NCBI GenBank assembly: GCA_965153285.1
Contig: OZ229119.1
Strand: one strand, 5' to 3'
From: Podarcis tiliguerta
Taxonomy: Eukaryota
DNA: 64,000 nucleotides
Numbering within the stretch: position 1 is the stretch's first letter; every line of letters begins with the position of its first letter. The notes beneath the pieces were generated by a model. That model was not told the origin of the DNA. It did not search any database and was given only the letters and a program-made list of their open reading frames with translations. Shown piece by piece: positions 1 through 64,000 of the stretch. The position numbers and the translations under genes were made by a program.

Positions 1-399
1 ACCCATAACCTAGGTTAAAGGTGCCATTTAGCTCCTAGCTTTCAGATCTCTGTTTCTAACACCGATGAAAGGAAAATAGTCGCTAGTAGGATTCTTCACA
101 CACTTGTGCGTGTGTGAAGGATCACCTGTGCTCATACCCAGAATGGAAAAAGCTGCTGGTGGAAGGGCTGAGAGGCAGAAAAACACAGCTAAGATACAAT
201 CTGTCAAGCTCTGCCCACTAGTGTGGATGGCAAACCGTGGAATAGCAATGAATATCCACAACTGGGGGAAAAATGAGAGTGTGGGAGTTAACATGGCAAA
301 CCAGAACACATAAATATCAGATCCTTATGGCTCACTTGCAATAGGAGGCCACTTTTTAGAAGCCCCCTTTCTTTCATTTTCTCGCGCAGTGCTCTGGTA

Positions 400-544
400 C
401 AGGAATGGGGTGTGTTTGCCCTCCAGATGTTGGAATCCAGCTGTCAGCAGTCCAAGCAAGCATGGCCAATATTCAGGGAAGTTCAGGGAAGATGGGAGTT
501 TGTTGTCTGACAATGTCTGGAGGGCTTCAGGTAAACCATTCCTG
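400..544. mobile_element. Old hAT-type palindromic MITE
   Basis: TIR CAGGAATGG...CCATTCCTG; interior resembles 60934-61069; degenerate 8-bp flanks ctctggta/ctctagcg. Confidence 0.65.
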
Positions 545-769
545 CTCTAGCGTAAGTCTTAGCATTTTCGGAGTCAATCCATTGTATCGGATTCTTAAGT
601 TGTCTGTTTCTTTTTAGTCTCAATTTGCAAGGCACCCGCTTCCTCTGTCCAGGTTATGGGGTGGGAATCATTCCACACCCCCTCCATAGTCCTACTGATT
701 TAAAGTCTTGGCGGCACGAAAGCCACTCACATTCTAACAGCTATGTGCATACTTAAAACAAACAGCCAG

Positions 770-2649
770 CATACAAACTTCTAGGTTTATTTTAAGTTTG
801 CTAGGTCCATCACAATTATAAAGGCAAGTACCATCCATCTTTTGGCAAGTATACTGTATGAATGTACAAACATCAAATCCCTACAAGAATCACGTATTAT
901 TTACAAGTGTCCCAGACACAACATTAATTTCTCCTCATAAATAGTCTAACTGTTACATTCCCCATCTCCCTGCATTCCTCAAAGCAAGTGTTCACAGGTT
1001 TAGAATGACTGTGCTAAGCCTTGGCATCACAATTTTCCTTACCCCCTTAGGATCTTCCTTTTCTTCTTTTTGCCTGCAGCAGAAGTTTCAGTGTTAAGGC
1101 AGTTCACAATTAACATTGCTCTCAGCACGCATGAAATATTTGTTGCTGGAATGGAAGTGGCAATTTTATACAATCCAGTATTATCAGCAAGTAGTTTGCT
1201 TATCCACTCCAACTTCATCATAAATCTTTCAGTGTAGCATTCTCTTTTCAAGAACAATAAATCTCCCTTATAATTGGATTCTTTATAAGCATCGCCTCCT
1301 CAAAGGTCTTAGAACAGGGTTGTTGTTGTTTTTAATTCCAGCAATGGGGATTTTAACACTTGGGGTGGATGTGGCATGCAGTCAACTCCTGGCCTTTACA
1401 GTTGTTGGTTTTTTTTTACAGAATAAAGTTTTTAACCTCTATACAACTTATGAATGAAAAGCTGGTAACATATTTTTAAGTGTTCACAGTGCAAACCTTT
1501 ATATATAGATTACTTAAAAATAAAACTTTTCAATATAAAAATAGAATGCTTTGAAAGGTTTTACACCAACAAAACTAGCTATCAATCCTACGTCAAACAG
1601 TCTATACAGTAGAATGCACTGAACTCCACAGGAACAGAAACAAAACATGACGCTCAAGAGTTAAGAGCAGTTTACAAAATTATTTAAATTACTGTTTTTA
1701 AAAACCTGCGTTTTTGGTCATTATTCTAAAGACATATATGGCATGTCACAATCCATGGAATCAGTCAAATATATCAAGCAGTTATGGGCTATGTCAAAAT
1801 CTATTTTCAGTTCTTTCTCAACGGCATGCCCAGCTTAGCAGCAGTTGCACTCCTTTTGGTTCAAGTTTGGCTGATCTCTCCCCCCCTTTCCTTTGTTTGA
1901 GCTCTTCTCCTTTCTCCTGCTGCAAATCCTTTGATTAACACACAGCCATTGTTGCTAAAATTTAGAGTTACTACTCAGCTGATTTCTTAAGCCTCTGCAA
2001 TGTTGGCCACAAATTTGTTTAACCTACTGGTTGCAGAGACTTCTAAGTTTTAAACCTTGTTGCAGAATGGGAATGCCAGTTGTTGCAATATTTTTATCAC
2101 ATGACAATTTCAATTAGTATACTGTGTCTTTTTGCAAAAACAAGAATTGTGGTCCTTGGTCTATGTGATAAATGCCCATTTGGTCACTGTATGCCTTCAA
2201 AACAGCCAAATTGCTACAGCAGGCAAAACAAATCTTCAATAGAGATGAGATAACTGTTTGCAACCTTAGGCAGCAAAAGACTGCTGACCAAGTGTTAGCT
2301 CATTTGTTAAGTGCCTGGAAGTCTGAGTTACTGATGAATCTATGAATTCATCTGCTGTACATGATGTAATTTATAGCAGCAGCTAGATTGCTCACAAATG
2401 AATGATAGCTGGCATTAGATTAGGTGTTGCAATAGCACTGTTGGTGCTACGGTTGTCCATCACACTTGAAAATTCTTATCTGGACAACACAGAAATCCAT
2501 AGCTTTCAGCAACATGAAATTGTCTCCTCAAAGTAGTGCAATTTGTACAACACAAACAAACACAGTGCCTTCACAGAAACCAACAGACAAAAAAAGTCAT
2601 TGGCCACGATTTATGGTTTCCCACCCCATGATGGTAAAAACGTGCTTGG
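770..2649 (-). other. MET: Probable MET 3'UTR (~1.9 kb)
   Basis: AT-rich stretch with no recognisable transposon between the stop codon and the first minus-strand AATAAA I found; the end position is approximate. Confidence 0.7.
786..791 (-). terminator. Candidate MET polyadenylation signal AATAAA
   Basis: Plus TTTATT. On the minus strand there are UGUA elements upstream (865-868, 882-885, 902-905) and a U/GU-rich stretch downstream (TTTGTATGCTGGCTGTTTGTTTT). Confidence 0.7.
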
Positions 2650-57949
<55,300 letters not shown>

Positions 57950-58138
57950 CTGTAAGGAAAGTAGAAACGTGTTCAGCAAGTGACACGGGAGATGTACGCA
58001 CAACCCCATTGCCGGAAAGGAAAAGTCACTTTAAAAGTTGGCAACTGTTTTCTTACATCTTTGCATCATCATACAATATACAACAAGTACGCAAAACAAG
58101 AAAAGGATTTTTTTTTCTTACAGAAGCATCTCTTACAC

Positions 58139-58451
58139 CATGGGTAGGCAAATTAAGCCCCAAGGGCCGGATCCAGCCCAATCACCTTCTAAATCCGGCC
58201 CGTGGATGGTCCAGGAATCAGCATGTTTTTACATGAATAGAACGTGCCCTTTTATTTAAAATGCATCTTTGGGTTATTTGTGGGGCCTGCCTGGTGTTTT
58301 TACATGAGTAGAATGTGTGTTTTTATTTAAAATGCATCTCTGGGTTATTTGTGGAGCATAGGAATTCACCCCCCCCAAATATAGTCTGGCCCCCCACAAA
58401 GTCTGAGGGACAGTGGACAGGCCCCCTGCTGAAAAGGTTTGCTCACCCCTG
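58139..58451 (+). mobile_element. hAT MITE (uninterrupted copy of the 36382 family)
   Basis: Same termini and internal direct repeat; ttacac on both flanks. Confidence 0.85.
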
Positions 58452-59089
58452 TTTACACCAATTACATTTATTCTCATTCTCATTTTATTTTCATCCTGTC
58501 ATTTCCAATATACCATTTTCTGCTTAAACTGAAGTATTTTGCATTCACACACCCATGGAGAAGTTTATGCACACCTTACCTAGCAGATTTAAAAAACCCA
58601 AGACTGATGGTTTTATTTTATTTTAATTTTTTAAAATGAAAGTGTGGTTTCTATGGCTTCTTATTAGAAAATGTCTGCAGATGGCAAATGATGTCATTAG
58701 ACCTAGACATTTGCTTTTAAAAGAGAAAAGGTGTTGCTTTTGTCACCTAAAATACTTCAGCCCAGGCAAAAATGCTGTAAGAACTGTGTGTTGTTCACAC
58801 AGTTTCTAATAATTATTACCGTTGGGCCCTAATTGAACTTGTCTCTGCATTTTGAACTGCTTTAATTTTCCTCTGTAGATCTGGCAGTAGGGGATCAGGC
58901 CTTGATGGCAGTTAGCCATTGATTGGCTGCTCCTAGGTAAATTTTTAAAATTCTGTTTAGGCCACATTTCCCTGAAACACCTCTGGACTTGTTCTTTGCC
59001 ATGTTGAGTTGCAGCCTTGCATTGTCTTCCAACCCATTAGTTTTACCTTAGTCCCTTTGGTTCAAGTTTCTATTTGTCCTTCTGTAATA

Positions 59090-59306
59090 CAGTGGTACCT
59101 TGGGTTACAGATGCTTCAGGTTACAGGCGCTTCAGGTTACAAACTCCACTAACCAGGAAGTGGTTGCTCCAGGTTAAGAACTTTACCCCAGGATAAGAAC
59201 GGAAATCACGCGCCTGCGGCGCAGTGGCAGCAAGAGACCCCATTAGCGAAAGCACGCCTCAGATTAATAACCATTTCAGGTTATTTCTTAACCCGAGGCA
59301 CCACTG
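59090..59306. mobile_element. Tc1/mariner-pogo MITE, family A
   Basis: TA TSD; TIRs. Confidence 0.85.
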
Positions 59307-60605
59307 TATATAAGTATTTGATCATCTGAGTGTATGAGTGTTAGCTGTTCAGGTTGTGTTCTCAATAAAGCTGAAGACTGATTTACATGAAAGTGTGGCT
59401 TGGATGAGGGTTTAGTTGACTCGAGAAACACATAACGTAATGTGTTGAATATGGAGCAATTACATATTGGGCTATATGAACTACTATCTTACAGTATTGC
59501 CTGGCGAGTCCAATTCTCTTCTGTAGCAACAACATATTCAAATGTATTATTTGTACATGTCGATTATACTTTAAATTACATGAAACTCAGAGGGTCTTGG
59601 GGTCCCAAGAGGCAAAAATAGACAGAGAAACTAAGTAAATTTAATTAGGCCGAGAATATTTTGGTGTCCCATTGTTTAAAATTTATACTTGCCAATGAAG
59701 TTTTGTATCGTCATAACTATTACCAAAAATAGATGGTTCATTTTAAATCTTCTAATTCATTGAGAGAAAATGCATGTATTCCTTTTCTGGGGAATTGCTC
59801 CCAGTACAATGTACTTAGAGAAACAGCATATCTATGTTGTATTGACAGTTCAATGATAATCTGTCAACTGAAAATTCAGTTACTATTGATGCTTCATCTT
59901 CTATATCAGATAATAAATATGGGCCATTTAGATGTCAATAAGCAATTTAATATGGCTTATTGTAGGTTTCTATTGCATAATATTAAATGGAGCGATACGC
60001 AGTGAGAATAGACACAATAAAATATGGTTGTCTTCTAGAATCAATACTTTGCTGTTTTTTTCTTCATTGTTCAACATTAGCTTTAAGGGTTTTTTGAAAA
60101 AATTAAAGGTAGATTATGTCATGACTGACTGCTTATTGAAATAGTAACTGAGATGTGTCCTTTGATTTCTGCAAAAGGCCTTTAAATAACAAGCCAAAAT
60201 AAGGATAATAAAAATGTTGTCATTTTTAAATCAAATTTTAAAAATGTTAATTTCCATCAACCTTACTTCACCTTGTCAAGAGTGCAAGGTGACATCAGAT
60301 CATCAGGAGGCTAGAGATAAATCTATCAAACTATTTGCTACATTTTTGCAATAGTTTTTGCATTCAGCAACATTGTGTATTGGACTAAGACATATTGTAA
60401 CCTATTATTTTGGGTTCAACCACTTTTAACTTCCTCCTGCTACATTTCTCATTACTGAAATACAAAGGCAAGTTGCACAAAAAAGTGTTCAAGCGTTATG
60501 CTTACATGCTATAGTAAGATTTCTAACAACAACATCCAAAAATGAAACTAAGGCACAGAACCCTTGAGATTTAATAGTATTTAACATTGGTATAGAGAGA
60601 AGGCA

Positions 60606-60788
60606 AGAGCTGTTCAACAATGGAACGGACTACCTGGGAAAGTAATGGACTTTCCGTCACTGGAGGTTTTTAAACAGAGGGTGGATGGCCATCTGCCAGG
60701 TATTATTTAGCTGTGATTCCTGAATTGCAGGGGTTTGTACTAGATGATCCTTGGGGTCACTTTCAACCCCACAGTTCTGTGACTCTAC
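60606..60788 (+). mobile_element. Old CR1 3' fragment
   Basis: RAVQQWNGLPGKVMDFPSLEVFKQRVDGHL, degenerate tail. Confidence 0.78.
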
Positions 60789-60933
60789 ATATTATTATTG
60801 TTGTTTTCTTTCTTGGAAATTGTTAGAAATCCTAATAGAGAAAAACATCATTAAAACAACAACAAATGCAGCTACCTCTAACTCCTAAAGGCCAAAAATC
60901 TATTTATATACTGTATAATCTTATCAGGTAGCC

Positions 60934-61069
60934 CAGGCTTAGGCAAACTTGGCCCTCCAGATGTTTTGGGACTACAACTCCCATCATCCCTAGCTAACAG
61001 GACCAGTGGTCAGGGATGATGGGAATTGTAGTCTCAAAACATCTGGAGGGCCGTGTTTGCCTATGTCTG
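60934..61069. mobile_element. Palindromic hAT MITE
   Basis: Long fold-back; perfect 8-bp TSD aggtagcc. Confidence 0.9.
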
Positions 61070-61899
61070 AGGTAGCCAATCTGGATAACTGTTACTAAAT
61101 TTTTAAGAGGCACCTCTGACTTTAACTTTTAAGGACATAGTTTAGCTTGCCACACCACACCTCTAACTCACTAAATTACTATTTACTTGGCTGACAATAT
61201 GGAAAAATGTCATTATCTCTGGATTAAATGCTCATATATCTGACGCCAGATTCCAGTGACAAATCTCACAAATATTGTAGCTCAGCAAGAGCCCTATTGG
61301 TATGTGACTGGGCATTTCAACTTTCTTCCATGTACATGAGTGAAAGTACAAAGTCTATTTGTGACTCATTCGGTGGGGGGGGGATGTATCTGATGTACAT
61401 CAGAATTGGAATGCGATGAGGTTTAGGCAATTATTTAATCCATGTCCGAACTTAGTGTGAAGTCAAATTGTATCTTGCTTGCTCATAGAGTAATTTGTGG
61501 CTAGTTGAAATAACTCTGTACCATGATGTGGGTCTTCTGTTGTTGTTTTTTTAAAAAACCAAACACTTCTGGAGCTGTGGTGGAACAACCAAGTGTGCTC
61601 TCTCTGCTGATTCTAAGCTCTGAGCGAGTATGTAGAGAAAGAGGTGACGATCTCTCAGATATTTGGGGCCCAAGTCATTTGTTTATTTATATAAGTATTT
61701 ATATACCACTCAATTGCAAAACATATCAAAGCAGTATCGTTACTTTCCGGAAACAGATCTGGAGGTAGGAACAGAACCGCTGAAGTACTATGCCTCCATC
61801 CTTGAGTCACTGCAGAAGGATACGATTGTATCCTTGAATGAAGGGTGGCATATAAAGTTAACAATTAATAAATATATGAAAAAGTATCAAAAGCCACTG

Positions 61900-62390
61900 A
61901 GAGGTTAATGAACATGAGCAGAGTCACACTCCCTCCTTCTCTCTCCCATTGCATGTCATCAAAGGTAGCTTTAGTGTTATGACCAGACCTAAAGTTGGAC
62001 TGATATGGATCCAGATAGTTAACCTCCACCAAGCTTGCCTGAAGCTGGACCAACAACACCATATTGAGCACATTGCCCCATAAAGGGATGTTTGCAGCTG
62101 GGCAATCGTTGATTCACACACATCCAGGTCTACGGAGGCCCTCTTAAGGAGGGGGTGCATGGCCACCCCCTCCTCTTTCAAGGTAGAGATGGTAACACCC
62201 TCCTCCAATGAATCACTGATCACTCTGTGGACACCCCCAGTCAATCCTTTATAGCTAGCTTTAAGAAGTCAAGATGGTCAAGGGGCAAGAGGTGGCTGCC
62301 CTCTTCAGACAGCTTGTCTATGATCTCAGACTGCAGTAATCAAAACAGATCACATGGAACAGGCAGTGCAGAAGAACTGTACCTATAATA
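61900..62390 (-). mobile_element. Old L2 ORF2 fragment
   Basis: QLQASLVEVNYLDPYQSNFRSGHNTK...LLMFINLSVAFDT (RT N-terminal motifs). Confidence 0.75.
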
Positions 62391-63497
62391 TAGCTATAAT
62401 AGGAGGACTAATTCTCATCATAGATTCAAGCTGGAATCTGACATTTCAGTTAGTTACAGAAACTTGAGTTCGACACTTTGCAGAAATCGACTTGCTACTG
62501 GTTATCAATCCACAGTTGTTGGGGGTTTATGATATTCAATGCAGTTTGGAATTTTGGATGCATTTGGATTTGTATACTATAGGTGGTATTTGGGTATATT
62601 TGAACCTGATGAAAACAGCTCCAAATTTTTATCCTAAGTAACTTGGCCTGCACAAATCCGACCTGTTGACTTAATAACATACATTTTATATTGTGATGAA
62701 GAAAAGTTGTATGACCCCCCCCCCCCCGGCAAGCTTAACTGACAGGTTGTATCCAACAATGTTGTCCCAGTAGTGCAAGGGCTTCCACCTGTGAAATAGA
62801 CTTCCTCTCTTCTCCCCCCAGATTTGAGGCACCTTGGGCTAGTCAGCAACTCTCAGCCCAAGGTTACTCAGAGAGTTTTGTGGCTAAGCAGAGATTTGAA
62901 TCCAGGTCTCTATGTCCCAATCCAACATTCTAACCACTATACTACATAGGATGAAATCTATGAACATTTACGTTTATATCAAATCAATAGGAGTGCTTGG
63001 AAAATGCTGGCCCCAATTTCAGTAGATATCTAAATATCAGACATCCAAAGTCATTCAAATCAATGGAAACAATTGTTCAAAAGTCAAAAGAAATAGCAGT
63101 AATAAGAAACATTAGCTATGAATTTAGCATTCTACATTTCCAGAAACTCCAATTATAATTTACGGATAAAGCGAGGGTGGGGAACGATTATGCTAGTGGT
63201 GCATTACGTAACGTAAAAAGAGACAAATGTTGATGTAATTAGCTAATACAAATTAAAAACATCGCACATTTCCTTTTCGGAGATCATTCATGGTATTATT
63301 CACTTTTGGTATTGATTACCACTGCATCAGTTCTTGTAATCTGGTTAGTACATTAGCACTAAGTAAATAGTATTGATTCAGATACACATATAATGCATCC
63401 ATGCAATCTTTGTATTTTGTCCATTTCCTTTGCATTAAGCTTCAAGACAGCACAAGCATAAAAGCTGCTATAAAATCTAAAAGTATTTATGTGAGGT

Positions 63498-63851
63498 TGT
63501 AAAGGTAAAGGGACCCCTGACAGTTAGGTCTGGTTGTGGACGACTCTGGGGTTGTGGCGTTCATCTCGCTTTACTGGCTGAGGGAGCCGGTGTACAGCTT
63601 CCGGGTCATGTGGCCAGCATAACTAAGCCACTTCTGGCGAACCAGAGCAGCGCATAGAAATGCCGCTTACCTTTCCGCCAGAGCAATACCTATTTATCTA
63701 CTTGCACTTTGACGTGCTTTCAAACTGCTAGGTTGGCAGGAGCAGGGACCGAGCAACGGGAGCTCACCCCATCGCGGAGATTCGAACCGCCGACCTTCTG
63801 ATCGGCAAGCCCTAGACTCTGTAGTTTAGACCACAGCACCACCCGCGTCCC
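63498..63851 (-). mobile_element. Sauria SINE
   Basis: Reverse complement of the family; 11-bp TSD ttatgtgaggt. Confidence 0.9.
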
Positions 63852-64000
63852 TTATGTGAGGTAGTACTTAGGATCAAACAGGTGCTTTTATCAATACAAG
63901 TTTCTGGAAATATTTAAATTGTAGCTTAGACAACAATAGTATTTGATAGAATGCATGAAAGAGCTATTGGCCTGCAGATCCTTTATGCAACTGGCAGGTC

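Noticed and set aside
60934-61069. Pre-miRNA-like hairpin
   Set aside because: An 8-bp TSD and a related copy at 400-544 identify it as a MITE; no small-RNA evidence.

Overview
Eukaryotic (vertebrate) genomic DNA, almost certainly from a squamate reptile; the SINE complement (Sauria SINE/Squam1, Squam3-type) points to a lacertid lizard, which is an inference. The window holds the 3' part of the receptor tyrosine kinase gene MET (HGF receptor) on the minus strand. I located 19 coding exons (orthologous to human exons 3-21), all with GT-AG boundaries and phases matching my recollection of human MET. They splice to an open 2937-nt frame (978 aa + TGA at 2650-2652) covering the end of SEMA, PSI, IPT1-4, TM, juxtamembrane (DYR Cbl site), kinase and the [11 protein letters not shown] docking site. 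A ~1.9-kb 3'UTR ends near an AATAAA at 786-791. Exons 1-2 lie beyond position 64000. Introns are filled with SINEs, L1/L2/CR1/RTE-BovB fragments, hAT and Tc1/mariner-type MITEs and one or two solo LTRs. There is no CRISPR array, rRNA or tRNA gene. Most notable unexplained structures: (1) a 42-bp near-perfect inverted repeat bracketing in-frame exon 15, one arm fused to the 5' junction of an L2 insertion; (2) a short L1-type element whose target-site duplication abuts the exon-16 branch point; (3) an inverted MITE pair tightly flanking exons 9-10; (4) a 3'UTR segment duplicated in intron 19. Comparisons with human/mouse MET and repeat-family names are from memory, not from database searches.
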